Shown: piece by piece, positions 13,012-25,754 of the stretch | Layout: every line of letters starts with the position of its first letter | Numbering within the stretch: position 1 is the first letter of the stretch | Assembly (NCBI GenBank): GCA_951406725.2 | Contig: OX597827.1 | Location: 18,476,001-18,540,000, forward strand | Reading direction: 5' to 3' | DNA: 64,000 nucleotides | Source of the DNA: Octopus vulgaris | Lineage: Eukaryota | Program-made: the position numbers and the translations under genes | The notes under the pieces: model-generated | The model's input: the letters and a program-made list of their open reading frames with translations, nothing else | What the model was told of the DNA's origin: nothing | The model's database searches: none

Positions 13012-13175
13012 AAGGCGGCGAGCTGGCAGAGACGTTAAGCACGCCGGGCGAAATGCGTAGCCGTATTCCGTCTGCCGCTACGTTCTGGGTTCAAAATCCG
13101 CCGAGGTCGACTTTGCCTTTCTCGATTAAATATTGTCCTCTCTGCGTTTAGCCCCTTGTGGGTAGTAAAGAAATA
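13012..13175 (+). mobile_element. SINE B with internal deletion
   Basis: Same head and tail as 12649. TSD GGTATTAACGTAGT at 12998-13011 and 13176-13189. Confidence 0.88.
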
Positions 13176-13290
13176 GGTATTAACGTAGTGAGATAATAGG
13201 AGTACACAGTGCAAGAGAAGCACAATAGTATCATACAAGTATTTAAGCAAAATGGCAGAGCTTTACTACCGAGATTGGTCTAAGTATATA

Positions 13291-13504
13291 CGAGGGGTGC
13301 TGAAAAGTTTCTGGCCTTGGGTAAAAGAAAACACAGAATCGGTCAATTATGATTTTATTCGACATATTCCCCCCTCAGATTCACAAACACATTGCAGCGG
13401 TCCTTCAGTTTTTCTAAGCCCCGTGAAAGAACTCGGAAGGTTAAAGCCTTCAGCCAGGCCTTTCGCGACACTCTTAATGTGACACACTTTTGAGCACCCC
13501 CTCA
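13291..13504. mobile_element. Tc1/mariner-like MITE
   Basis: TA|CGAGGGGTGCTGAAAAGT ... ACTTTTGAGCACCCCCTCA|TG inverted termini. Confidence 0.75.
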
Positions 13505-13752
13505 TGCGTGGACAAGTAAAATGTATATAAATGGGTGTGTGGAAACACATACCACCATTAGCATCCTTTAGCACTTATGTTCCATGCTAGCATGGGTTCG
13601 AAGGTTTGCCAGAATCTGAGATGTCACAGCTCGCACGCCCTCTTCAGACGTTCTTCAGTCTTATGACGGTGGACAAACAGAAACATTGAAAAGTCACTGT
13701 AAAATTTTTCCACACTCTACTAAAAAGCACCAAGTGTTCTTTCAAATATGCA

Positions 13753-13884
13753 TAAGAGGTAGTCCGGATTCGAAAAAAATTTTTTTATTTTTTATTTAGC
13801 GCTTTCGTCCTTTTTCGAAATTCACCGAATCATTAAAAGGATGAGAGCGCTAAATAGTTTTGTCCAAATCCGAACTGCTTCCTT
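13753..13884. mobile_element. Small fold-back MITE, superfamily uncertain
   Basis: AAGAGGTAGTCCGGATT / AATCCGAACTGCTTCCTT termini, plus inner IR TTAGCGCTTTCGTCCTTTT / AAAAGGATGAGAGCGCTAA. Confidence 0.6.
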
Positions 13885-13959
13885 TTTCTTAATATATAAA
13901 ATATATAAAATATTTGAACACCACTTCAAACAATGTGTGTGTGTGTGTGTGTGTGCTTG

Positions 13960-14108
13960 ATCGCTAAATCCACAAGTTCTTTCATTCTTCCTGTTTATTT
14001 TCTCTCAAAGAGCATAGGCTCGAAACGTTTTCCTAGCTTCAAACTATTACACCTGCTTGTTGTTCATACACCTGTCTTCGACTTTTCTTTTTCTGTAAAT
14101 TTCAACTA
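13960..14108 (+). mobile_element. Penelope-like short element (family H2), degraded
   Basis: AGAGCATAGGCTCGAAACGT and CACCTGTCTTCG...TGTAAATT are reverse complements of the 14139 and 17307 copies. Confidence 0.65.
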
Positions 14109-14138
14109 TATGTTCGTGTGTGTGTGTGTGTATATATA

Positions 14139-14320
14139 GGGGAGAATTTACAAAAGAAAAAAACAGACGAAGACAAGAGGTGTAGATAACAAACAGATGT
14201 ATTAGTTCAACGCTCGGGAAATGAAAAAGTCTTTAATGTTTCGATCCTACGCTCTTCCACAGAAAGGAACACAGAAAGAAACAGAGAGAGAAAATAAAGA
14301 ATGTGTCGTGGCTAGCGATG
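14139..14320 (-). mobile_element. Penelope-like short element (family H2) with hammerhead-like motif
   Basis: Homologous to 17307-17490 and 37941-38125. Motif at 14231-14266. Confidence 0.7.
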
Positions 14321-14598
14321 TCCTGTTTTTTATTTTTATTGTATTTGTGTAACGTTGTCCGTTTTTTTTTCCGCCCTTGTTTTTGTATACATTCGCTGCT
14401 TTTTTCTTTCAAGGTATCTAATGCTCTTAGCTTAGTTTTTCCTTGGGGCTGGCCAGATTGGAGCAATCTCGAGTATAATCAGCCGAAATTGCTAAGATAA
14501 TCTGGTACTCGACTGAGGAAAGAAAACTTCGAATGACTCGTCCTTGTTTTCTTTGTATCGTCTATCTGGATGTTTTGCTTTTCTTGTCCCATTTTGTG

Positions 14599-14633
<35 letters not shown>

Positions 14634-14759
14634 GCACACATACGACTGGGCATTGGTGCATCCGCGTTGGTGTATGTGAAATGTATTTTTCAGCGTGTGA
14701 CAGACTATAAGTTCATCTACAAAAATTCTGCACAGATGTATAAAAGCGTTGTGGAATTT

Positions 14760-14950
14760 CAGGTCAGCTCTTAATCGAACAAGCCGACAGTCACAGACAT
14801 TCCAGTCGTGACCATCCCGTCTTTTGCTTTAAGTGCCGCAAAAATCCAGGGACGCATTCATTATCCGACGTGCAGGGTTTTCTAAGCCCGAAGTGCGTGT
14901 GGTTTGAAAGAAGATTTGGTTACTATTTCTAACAAATCGAGCGACCACGT
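14760..14950 (-). repeat. Old dispersed repeat (GCTAGAAATAGCAGCCAAATCTCCCTC family); other copies near 7790, 12270, 17520, 18220, 32590, 43480, 50780, 52800-53620, 61380
   Basis: Recurrent degenerate motifs GAGATTTGGCTGCTATTTCTAGCAGGTCGAGC and CTGGAATGCCTTTGATCATAGGTCT. Confidence 0.6.
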
Positions 14951-15188
14951 TCGTTTGATTTAATCTATCGTCGTGTGTATGCGCGTGCGTGTGTCGTACA
15001 ATGCCTGCGTTACATACATCCGTGAATGCATGTGTGTGTGTATAACGATCCCAAAATGTACATTGTTGATTACTGGAGTCTGTGTGTGTGTGTGTGTGTG
15101 TGTGTGTTAGGTTTGAGTTGCTGTCTGTTTCTCGATAATTTAACTAAAAAAACATTGGTCAACTTTAAAAGAAAAAGCAACAAGTGCA

Positions 15189-15258
<70 letters not shown>

Positions 15259-15430
15259 GGCGCAGGAGTGGCTGTGTGGTAAGTAGCTTGCTTACCAACC
15301 ACATGGTTCCGGGTTCAGTCCCACTGCGTGGCACCTTGGGCAAGTGTCTTCTACTATAGCCTCGGGCAGACCAAAGACTTGTGAGTGGATTTGGTAGACG
15401 GAAACTTAAAAGAAGCCCGTCGTATATATG

Positions 15431-15461
<31 letters not shown>

Positions 15462-15663
15462 TTGTATGTGTCTGTGTTTGTCCTCTCAACATCGCTTGAC
15501 AACCGATGCTGGTGTGTTTACGTCCCCGCAACCTAGCGGTTCGGCAAAAAGAGACCGATAGATTAAGTACTAGGCTTACAAAGAATAAGTCCTGGGGGTC
15601 GATTTGTTCGACTAAAGGCGGTGCTCCAGCATGGCCACAGTCAAGTGACTGAAACAAGTAAAA

Positions 15664-15664
<1 letters not shown>
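15259..15664 (+). mobile_element. SINE A, full length
   Basis: Intact head GGCGCAGGAGTGGCTGTGTGG through tail GACTGAAACAAGTAAAAG, inserted in (TA)n. Confidence 0.92.
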
Positions 15665-15733
<69 letters not shown>

Positions 15734-16245
15734 ATTATACATACACATATTCACATGTACAGATATGATATAGCAAGAGAGGTCCAACTTCGCTCCTACC
15801 ACGTACGTGTATATATACACATACACACCATGAAAAGACACCCATCATAAAAAAAAAAAAAATCCCACCGACACCACCAATACCACCACCAGCAAAAACC
15901 CTATAATCATCCTACATACCTACCACCCACACTAACAAAACCACCACCATCACCACCACCACCACCACCACCAGTTTTCCAGGTCACGTACCCCAGCAAT
16001 GTTGAGATGATTACAACAGTGGCTTAGATGAGTGAGAGAGAGAGACAGAGAGAGAGAGGGAGAAAGAGAGAGCTGTGTGGTGGCAGGGGGAGAGAGAGGG
16101 CAGAGGTGGAGGGAAAGAGAGAGATAGAGAGAGGGCAGGGAGGGAGAGCGAGCGAATATATAAGGCTGGCGCCGTACAGTCATCGGTCGGCTTGATGATA
16201 ACAACAGCAGTAGCAACTTCTACCCTTAACACCACCACCACTACT

Positions 16246-16276
<31 letters not shown>

Positions 16277-16294
16277 TAAATTCTAACATTCTTT

Positions 16295-16630
16295 TACTCA
16301 TTTACTGGTCTCAGTTATTGGACTGCGGCCATGCAGGAACACAGCCTGAAAGGGTTGTTTTGTTTTTATATTTAGCTGTTAATCGATCATAGCGACGCCA
16401 GCGCTCGTTCTATCGATCTCTTTTTATCGAACCGCCATATATTACCGAACACGGAGGGGAACCACGACATAAATAAATAAATAAATAAACGCAGATACGG
16501 ACGGACACATACGCATAACGACGGGTTTCCGCAAAGTTTTCCCTTCTGCCGAATTCCACTGAAAAGGTACAGCAGAATTTTTTCAATCGATGGCTACAGT
16601 AGAAGGCAGATGTCTTGCCCCAAGATGTCA
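16295..16630 (-). mobile_element. Degraded SINE A
   Basis: GACTGCGGCCATGC, TCTATCGATCTCTTTT, GACGGGTTTCC, GTCTTGCCCCAAG. Confidence 0.6.
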
Positions 16631-16704
16631 AATAGGCTGAGTGAACCTAGAAGCAACTTGTCATGAAACGTTGCCAGTAATTTAAAGAAGAGGGGACATG
16701 TCGA

Positions 16705-16822
16705 TTTTATCGACTTATTCGACTCCAAAGGAATGAAAGGCAAAGTTTACCACGGCGGGATTTAAACTCAAAAGAACCGCTAAGCGTTTCTGTCTGACGT
16801 TCGAAGGACTCTAGCTCGCCGC
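16705..16822 (-). mobile_element. Degraded SINE B
   Basis: AAAGGAATGAAAGGCAAAGTT...GATTTAAACTCA...CTAGCTCGCCGC. Confidence 0.65.
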
Positions 16823-16959
16823 TTTTGCTTATTGTGGAGATGTTGTGTACACACACACACAAGTAGCCACATAACTGCAAAGCAATATGGGGAAAATAGT
16901 ACTCGAATACCAAGGGTAGAGTAATACGCTTTATTATGAAAGCTGCGAAATATCCACAG

Positions 16960-17001
16960 AACTGTTACTCAGAGTTTCACGTTCCTGTTCGTCGAACAGT
17001 T
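16960..17001 (-). ncRNA. Hammerhead-ribozyme-like motif (type I, degenerate core), family H3
   Basis: Minus strand AACUGU-UCGACGA-ACAGGAACGU-GAAACUC-U-GAGUA-ACAGUU: 6-bp stem I, stem III ACUC/GAGU, GUA cleavage triplet. Confidence 0.55.
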
Positions 17002-17265
17002 TTGATGAATACCACTTAATCCTTGTGACATTTGGAGCTTCCAAGAGTTCCCGTCGACAGTGACTACTTCTCAGATGGTCGCTTTCATGTCACGCTACAA
17101 TACACACAAACACATCCTCATCGTTAGCGCAGGAAAATGTTAACACGGAAGGGAGCCGTGTCAGGATAACTAAGGAGCTTGTCTTACTGATGAGGTCAGA
17201 TTAAAATGAAAACACACTTAGATTTTGACAAGCTAAGAATGAGGGATTTCTGCAATATTAGCTCG

Positions 17266-17306
<41 letters not shown>

Positions 17307-17309
<3 letters not shown>

Positions 17310-17490
17310 AGAGTTTACGAAAAAAACAAAAGACGAAGACAGGTGGTGTACAAAACAAACAGATGTATTAGTATAACGCTCGGGAATAGAAAAAGTCTTT
17401 TACGTTTCGAGTCTACGCTCTTCCACAGAAAGGAACACAGAAAAAACAAGGAGAGAAAAAAATGTGTGTAGTGGCTAACGATCTATCATA
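17307..17490 (-). mobile_element. Penelope-like short element (family H2) with hammerhead-like motif
   Basis: Flanked by (TA)n. Motif 17397-17432 reads CUUU-CUGUGGA-A-GAGC-GUAG-ACUC-GAAAC-GUA-AAAG. Confidence 0.72.
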
Positions 17491-18694
17491 TATATATCCA
17501 AGACCTCTCATTATCTAGTGTGTCTTATTGTTTTCAAGAGATCTGAGGGCGATTTGGTTTCTATTTCTAACAGGTCGAACGGGTGCATAGAAACCCTCCA
17601 TCCGTTGGTTTATTGTGTTTTGTGTGTGTGGTTTCTAAGCAGGCAAAAGTTGTCTGTCCTTGACAAGCATGGAGCATGTACTTAGAAGAGCATAAAACAA
17701 AACAAGAGACACTTAGACATCACCCATATATGTTTAGAAAGCATAAACGAATTGTTTTCCTCTTTACAGATGGGTGTAATTTTAATTAATTAAAATTTAT
17801 TGACTCACTCTTAAGTATACAAGCGTCCACTTTACGAGAAAAAACAAAAAAAAAACAAAGGCTGGAGGAAAGAGAGACAGAAAAGGCGGAAAAGAAGAAA
17901 AGAGGCAAGAAAGAAACGAAAGGAAGAAGGAAAGAGAGACAAAGATGAAATGGGGCGGGGAGTGGAGAGAAAACGAGAGACGCATGACACAGGTGACACT
18001 TGATCGATAAAAAAAAAGTAATCAGTCAGCTTTTACGAGTTTGATCTCCCAACCTTTATTGATTTTACTTTTCCAATATATATTCCGATTCCTTAAGAGC
18101 TGGGATTAAACAGAGAATAGTTTTATGTCGGACACTTGGCTGCTAATCCTTGCGGTTCAAGACAGGCGCAAAGAAACGTTACCTTGTTCGTAATGCACGT
18201 GTGTGTGATGGCGGAGTTGTGACCATGCCAGGCATGACTATCACCGTTAAGTGCATTTAAGACTACATTATGTAAATAGGCGTTTTTGTTTTTCGAGACG
18301 GTGGGGATTCAATTCAAAGGAGATTTAGCTGTTACCCCTAGAAGTTCCAGAGACTACGAAGTACCCTCGTCCCGAACCGAGGTAGATCTAACTGGTTTGT
18401 CAGCTACATCGACAATACTCCCTAATATTTTCACTGGTACTTTATCTTACGAACCACAGCAGGATGACAAAGTTAACCGCGAGGGGATCAAACGGAACGA
18501 AGAGTTTCGTAACTAAGTACCACAAGGTATGCTGTACCGAAAGCTCTAACGAATCATCCAAACCATATCTAGGTAAGTGGCTCTCAACCGGGGTCCATGT
18601 AAGATTTTCTGGTTAAAATTTATGTGCAATAAAATTGGTTACACTTGGTATGCGGAAAGAGAGGGAGTCCGCCGTGCGCGCGTGTGTGTATATA

Positions 18695-18830
18695 CCACGT
18701 AAAAACACCCGGCACACTCTGTAAAGTGGACGGCTTTGGGAAGGACACCCAGCCAAACCTGGCTGGAGTCTGGTTTGCTCTAATCAAATCGTCCAACCCA
18801 TGCAAGCATGGACAGCGGACGTTAAATGAA
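18695..18830 (+). mobile_element. SINE-like family D fragment
   Basis: CACGTAAAAACACCC...GGAAGGACACCCAGCC...GTCCAACCCATGCAAGCATGGACAGCGGACGTTAAATGA. Confidence 0.7.
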
Positions 18831-18837
18831 GGTTATG

Positions 18838-18874
<37 letters not shown>

Positions 18875-19639
18875 TATGGGTGTACTTTTGTATTTGTTCC
18901 CCTTTTTAAAAGGGCACCGGAATCGATTTGTTCGAGTAAGCCCTTCAGAGCAGTGCTCCAGTATGGCCGCAGCCCAATGATTAGTAAAAAAAAAAAAAAA
19001 AGTAAAAAGTTATGTCGTGTCGACTCCCGTGCATCATCATAAAGGTTATGTTATTACTGCTATTTCATACTGAACAGGTCAAGAGCGTCTGTTGAATGAG
19101 GGTGAAACTGGCTACTGTTTTACTCTAAGCAAAATCAAAAAACCGTCGGTGTATCCGTCTATTTTGAAAAAATAATGAGACACGATACTTTTTTTTTAAC
19201 TGAATAAACGGAAGAATGTATAGAGAGTGAACAAGGTGCGAGTGTATTAGCTTTACTGAGCAGGTGAAGAATGCAAGGTGAATATCACTGCTTTCGTTTC
19301 ATCGTTTGTTCTAATGTCCACTTATCCAAACTTGCAATGGGGTCGGATGTAATCTGGTTGAGGCAGATTTTCTATGGCCTGATTTGCTCTTCATGTCTCC
19401 AACCCTTAGCTGTTCCCCAAACAAGGTTTATATTTCCCAGTGGCCGGACATATAACTTCAAGAAAGATTGCAAATGCCTACTGCTTGTACAACGGTGACA
19501 CTCATATTTACATTACAAATGCCTGTGCAATGCCATGAGTACACGACGAGCTTCTTTCAGGTTCTAGCTACCAAATCTTAGAAGTACCTGCCTGAGTTTA
19601 TAGTTAATGATGCTTACCAATGGTGCCATGCAGTGGAGT

Positions 19640-19945
19640 AAAGGGTAAAGAACCCCTTCGGTCATGAATTACCATAGGATTGACCCTAGAAAGTTCGTCT
19701 CCAAGGCACAAGTCCGGGCAAGGTTGTTTATGGATGCCCATGCATACCAGCCTCCCCTCTCCATGCCAACCCATGTTGTCCGAGGGAAAGGCAAAGGGGC
19801 CGATACAGCTTGGCACCAGTGACGTCGCAACTCATTTCTACAGCTGAGTGAACAGGAGCAACGTGAAATAAAGTGTCTTGCTTCAAGAATACAACACACA
19901 GCCCGAACCGGGATACCTCATGATTGTGAGACCGACGCTCACACA
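19640..19945 (-). mobile_element. CORE-type tRNA SINE family E
   Basis: Minus strand GAGCGTCGGTCTCACAATCATGAGG...TGTGTTGTATTCTTGAAGCAAGACACTTTATTTCACGTTGCTCC.GTTCACTCAGCTG, a CORE-like domain. Confidence 0.7.
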
Positions 19946-20019
19946 GTGCGACTGGGCCCCAAACCGCAAGGTTGAGAAGCGAACTTCTTTACTACACAAC
20001 CATGTTAAACGAACCGAAG

Positions 20020-20790
20020 GTGTATATACTGAGCAGGAAGTGGCGTCGCCCGTTCTGCTGAGCAGAGCAAGACTATATAGAATGAGTGTAAAATGTGACC
20101 GTTCATTTAACTGAGCTAAGTCAAGAAGGTGTTTGAGCAAGCGAGATGTGATACCGAACAGGTCCAAGGGTGCTTGAGAGAGCAAGATCTGATATTGAGC
20201 AGGTCAATAGAATGAGTGTAAGATATGGCCGTTCATTTAACTGAGCAACTTCAAAAGAGTATGTTAGAGGCGAGCGAGGGATCTTTTCGGTTTGAACGGC
20301 AGTTTTTCTAGCGGTGTCATATGAAATTGTCACCCATAATTATGAACCCTAGTATTGATCTATTGCATTTCAATCTGTTTTAGGGTTAGGGGTGGGGAGA
20401 AGGGTATCTTTTTTTCTTTACAAATGTAAATAAACTCAATCTGTTCCTTAAACGAGAGACATATTCATACGGCACAGAATGCTTTTTAACTCAATAGACG
20501 TCACTGATTGGTTGAAATTGCAGAAATTGAAGAAAAAAAAAAACAACAAATATCTTACAAACTATAGAATTTTCTCAATAAAGCCAAGAGAAAAAGATGT
20601 TTTATAAACACATTCTACCAGTATACGAAGATTAAATTTTTTTTTAGTTACCTAGAAATTATGTTAAAAACTGCCGTTCAAACCGAAAAGATCCCGAGCG
20701 AGTTGTGTGATATTGCATGTTTTACTCAGCGGATCGTGTTTAGGATGAGTAAGCGAGATAATGATTGTTCTGCTGAGCAAAGTCAAGAAA
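20020..20790. repeat. Degenerate tandem repeat (CTGAGCA.GTCAAGA / GAGCAAGCGAGAT motifs) split by a MITE; related patch at about 19060-19270
   Basis: TAGAATGAGTGTAA...CCGTTCATTTAACTGAGC occurs at about 20078 and 20208 (130-bp period). Confidence 0.6.
20279..20694 (-). mobile_element. Merlin-like MITE, reverse orientation
   Basis: TIRs and perfect TSD CGAGCGAG. Confidence 0.92.
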
Positions 20791-21718
20791 AACTTTACAG
20801 TTAAGACATTCGCTCGTACAACAAACACAGAATTCGTGAATGTATTTATACTGGTAAGTTAACAATGTGATTGATGTAAGGTTAGCAGTGTGGGTAGTCG
20901 GGGTAGAAGGATACAAAAAAAAAGAAAAGAAAAAGAAAGGTTTGTTGAGTACAATTGACTCAACTTGCCTCTCAACATAACTGCATAAGTGTAAGTTAGT
21001 CAACGCTTAGACGCATACACATACATACGATTGTGAGTATATACGCGTTTTGAATGGCGCATCAGTGGGTGCGTGAGTACATAAAATACACACACAAACG
21101 CATCTATGTATGTGTGTATAAACCAAAAAGGTTTGTTTGACTATCCAGTGAAAGAGAAGAAAAGGAAGGCATAAAGTAGCCTTTAGCTGTTTGTGCAAAG
21201 AAAGAAACACACACAAACAGAAGAAGTGTACGTCAGTAAGAGGGTCTATCGAAGAAAGAAAGAAAGAATGAATGAATGAAGAGAGAGAGAGAGTAGTGTA
21301 TGTATGTGTGTATGTGTGAGGGAGTGTGAAAGAGAGATGGGTTTTAAAAAGCCGATGGCTGTGGTTTCAAAAACAGAAGCAAACAAGTCGTGTACAGACG
21401 GTGAAATAAACTTGATCTTCTAGTGAAACTCTGGAGATAAGGCTGGAACGGAATGTAGAGTGTGGTGGTAGAGGCGATGGTATATATATATACTGATGCT
21501 TTGTATATAAGGGGCAGCAGATTTTTATATACACACACACACACACATATGTATGTGTAAAGTGTACGCACACATTATATTACAGGAAGACACGTTGGAA
21601 GAAGGAAGAGATAGAAAGAGTTTTATTATTAGAGATACGAGGCTGTCAAGGTAGGCAGACGTAGAAAGGGAAGAGAGTATGCGCTTGTATGTTATTTTAT
21701 GTGTGGATGAATATATAG

Positions 21719-21752
<34 letters not shown>

Positions 21753-22102
21753 TATACTGTAGGGAAATCAAGGTAGAGATACGGGGTGAAGAGACAAAGC
21801 AGCATATATATGGAGAGACCAGAAAGAGGTAATGAGTAAAGATGGAGAGACGTCAACGCAAAGTACTTGAAGGGGTAGCGAACGATGATTATAGCTAACT
21901 ATACACACGCACACACATATATATATATGTATATATAGTATGTTTGTTCGTGCGCGTGTGTGTGACGTATTTCTGCGCAGAAAAGAGAGAGAAAAAAATA
22001 AGTTTTTTTTCTTTTTATTATTATTATTATTTATTATTTTTTTCCAGTTTGAAAGACAGTAATGTATGTCAGAAAGAGAAAGAATGTAATGTATGTGTGT
22101 GC

Positions 22103-22152
<50 letters not shown>

Positions 22153-22400
22153 CACACGCGCGCACGCTATAGACATAAATAGAGACGACTGTTAAAGCTA
22201 GTAGACAGCACGGTGCCGTGCTTCAGACATTCGACCACACTCACAATAAGTTTATTACTTCGCCGCAGCCAACCGACAAGTCAGCAGACACAATATGTAT
22301 ACACACAAATTATATACACATATACATATATATATATATATATATATGGCATATAAATATAGATAATAATCGTCAATGTGTACGTGCGCGTGTATTCATT

Positions 22401-22444
<44 letters not shown>

Positions 22445-22599
22445 AAAATATGCGGGTATAATATATATATGAGTGCGTGCGTGAATGTGCACAGCATAAG
22501 AATACACCCACGATGTATTTATGTATTTAAGCAATTGATGTAAGCCTCTCTTCATCATCCCTAGATGCGTGTGTATATGTGTATGCACACACACACACA

Positions 22600-22879
22600 C
22601 ATACACAGCGAATATATTATATATATATATATATATATATACATTTACAGATGTAATATATATTACGTGTCTATATGGATAGACACACTACATATATTTA
22701 CGTGTGTGTGTGTGTGTGTATATATATATACACATATAGATATACATATACATATATACATATTATATATACATATATACATATATATATATATACATAT
22801 ATACATATATATATATACATAACATAATATATACATAACATATATATATATATATACATATACATAATATATACACATA

Positions 22880-22934
<55 letters not shown>

Positions 22935-23030
22935 GCATACACACGCATATGTATATATTACTTGTGTCTATATGTGTACATAGACACATACACTACATAT
23001 GTATGTATAATATATATACACACACACGTT
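22600..23030. repeat. (TA)n-rich compound microsatellite
   Basis: Directly visible. Confidence 0.9.
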
Positions 23031-23292
23031 AAAAGCCGAGATATCCAAAGCTGACCATGCATGTATACTCGCTCTAATAGTGGTGGTGGCTGTAGTAGTA
23101 GTAGTAGTAGTAGTAAGTGATGAATGATCATATATGAAACGCGAGTGCAGATGCTTGCTGTTTAGCCCATGGCCAGGACTGAGCGCGAACACCTTATAAT
23201 GGATCAAAGACGTCCCAGCATAAGCATCCCGTCTCTGTTTCACACACACACGTATGTGTGCGTGTGTATATATGTGTATAAATATATATATA

Positions 23293-23696
23293 GGGTCTTT
23301 TCGGTTTGAACGGCAGTTTTTAACATAATTTCTAGGTAACTAAAAAATGTTAAACTTCGTATAGTGGTAGAATGTGTTTATAAAACATTTTTTTCTCTTG
23401 GCTTTATTGAGAAAATTCTATAGTTTGTAAGATATTTGTTTGGCTTTTTCTTCTTCAAATTCTGCAATTTCAATGACGTGTATTGAGGTAAAAAAACAGT
23501 CTGTGCCGTATGAATATGTCCCTCGTTTAAGAAACAGATTGGCTTTATTTACATTTGTGAAGAAAAAAAAGATACCCTTCCCCCCACTCCTAACCCTAAA
23601 ACAGATTGAAATGCAATAGATCGATACTAGGGTCATAATTATGGGTGACAATTCCATATGACACCGCTGGAAAAAACTGTCAAACCGAAAAGATCC
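23293..23696 (+). mobile_element. Merlin-like MITE
   Basis: TIRs present, no TSD. Confidence 0.9.
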
Positions 23697-23759
23697 GTTT
23701 AAAGTAGCAATTAGTTTCCAAAATCTTTCTGAACAGATTAAAGATTAACCTCTTTTTAT

Positions 23760-24115
23760 TTTTTACTTGATTCAGTCGTTGAACTGCGGCCATGCTGGGG
23801 TACCGCATTGAAGAGTTTAAACGAACAAATCGAAATAAGCCATTCTTTTACCGAAAGGTAACGTAATGGGGACGTAAACAAACGAACACCAGTCGCCAAA
23901 GAGTGTGGGGGAATCAGACACGCATAAACGTCCAGCTTTCACGCAGTTTCGGGCACACAAACGCACTACAAACTTCTTTTAGTTTCCGTCTGCCAAATCC
24001 ACTCACAAGGGTTTGGTCGGACCATTACTATAGAAGGGTGCCGCGCAATGGCAGTGAAATCAAGACGACAGGTTTTGGGAAGCAAGCTTCTTACAACACA
24101 GCCACACTTGCGCTT
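23760..24115 (-). mobile_element. Degraded SINE A
   Basis: ACTGCGGCCATGCTGG...AGTTTCCGTCTGCCAAATCCACTCACAAGG...ACACAGCCAC. Confidence 0.7.
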
Positions 24116-24281
24116 AATGAGGAAAAATCTTTCTTTACTAAATTCTTCATGAAGTTCAAAAAGTAATGGAAACAATGGCAGAGTATTTCAACAGAAAGAA
24201 TGGTATTAACGGCTAAAGAGGGGAACTTCGTGTTCAAGCTCCCACCTCCTTTAATAATGTAAACTTGGAAAGTTATATCAA

Positions 24282-24450
24282 GGTGGCGAGCTGGCAGAAA
24301 CGTTAGCACGCCGGGCGAAATGCTTAGCAGTATTTCGTTTGGCTTTACGTTCTGAGTTCAAACTCCGCCGAAGTCGACTTTGCCTTTCATCCTTACTGGG
24401 TCGATAAATTAAGTACTAGTTGCGTATTGGTGTCGATCTAATCGACTGGA
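24282..24450 (+). mobile_element. SINE B, 3'-divergent
   Basis: GGTGGCGAGCTGGCAGAAACGTTAGCACGCCGGGCG...GTCGACTTTGCCTTTCATCC. Confidence 0.85.
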
Positions 24451-24461
24451 ATCCTCCTCTA

Positions 24462-24867
24462 GGATCTTTTCGGTTTGAACGGCAGTTTTTAACATAATTT
24501 CTAGGTAACTAAAAAGTTTTAAACTTCGTATACTGGTAGAATGTGTTTATAAAACATCTTTTTCTCTTGGCTTTATTGAGAAAATTCTATAGTTTGTAAC
24601 ATATTTGTTGTGTTTTTTTTCTTCAATTTCTGCAATTTCAATCAATCAGTGACGTCTATTGAGGTAAAAAAACATTCTGTGCCGTATGAATATGTCCCTC
24701 GTTTAAGAAACAGATTGGGTTTATTTACATTTGTGAAGAAAAAAAGATACCCTTCCCCCACCCCTAACACATTGAAATGCAATAGATCGATACTAGGGTT
24801 ATAATTATGGGTGACAATTTCATATGACACCGCTAAAAAAAAACTGCCGTTCAAACCGAAAAGATCC
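24462..24867 (+). mobile_element. Merlin-like MITE
   Basis: TIRs and perfect TSD CTCCTCTA. Confidence 0.92.
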
Positions 24868-25499
24868 CTCCTCTAAAATTTCGGGCCTTGTGCCTAGAGT
24901 AGGGAAGAATATAACTTTGGAAAGAAACACAAAAGACGCCCTTTGCATTCTACACTTTGAAGCCTGGATCCAGAAATTGGAAAACAAAATAAAATATAAA
25001 AAATTTTTTTTTTTTAACAAAACAAAACAAAAAAAAACGGAGATTTAATCTCACAGATTATAAATGTACTTATGCATTAATTATAAACATAAATAACGAA
25101 TGCGTTTATTTTAGTTTTGGAAATAATGAAAGAAATGTGCACTCGACAAAGGACACATTGACGAAGTTGTACTGTTTCACTTTCTGAAGACAAAATGCCG
25201 TTGTTTCCTCCTATTTATAGATAAGTTCTAAGGTTACCTGTTAACAGACGAACATGGTATTAAAACCACTTAGAATGGTATAAAGAACTCAAAGAAGTTT
25301 TTTTTTGGGGGGGGCGAGAGTGGTGGGGAATATGTTTCTGCTAAGGCTGTGTCTTCAGTACCGATGCGTTTCCATTTATTTACGTATGAAAATACAATTA
25401 TGAATGCAAACAAAATATATATTTAGGATATTTTCGGTTTGAACGGCAGTTTTCTCTAGCGGTGTCCGTGTACAAAAGCAGGATGACATCGAAAAATAA

Positions 25500-25754
25500 G
25501 TAACAATTCAAACTCCCAATAGGGGGGAGAGTGGATGCCAAAGAAATTGGTAAAATTGAGAAATATCAGGACCTAACCAAATAGTTGAAGAGACTGTGGA
25601 GGAGTAAGACATTTATTCCTGTGGCACTGTTTGCTCCCCAAGAGACTGGAAGATATTTGGAATTAAGATTCGTATTGGCGACCGACCTGCAGAAAGAGTG
25701 CAAATCCTGAAATTCTGCAAGAATTCTAAGGAAAGATTCTTGAGATATGAGGAG
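25500..25754 (+). pseudogene. Degraded C-terminus of an RLE-type non-LTR retrotransposon (R4/Dong-like); 3' end continues after the MITE at about 26186-26240
   Basis: Translates with stops and frameshifts to RVDAKEIGKIEKYQDL..LKRLW..F.PV and LQK...NSARILRK. This matches the 'KxxKYxDL...LW...ARILRKVL' pattern of RLE domains. Confidence 0.7.

Noticed and set aside
17188-17215. CTGATGAG...GAAA hammerhead candidate
   Set aside because: No stem II or stem I pairing.
24610-24804. Recurrent 'VPYEYVPRLRNRLGLFTF' and 'MKLSPIIMTL' ORFs
   Set aside because: Translations of the non-coding MITE, with no transposase motif.
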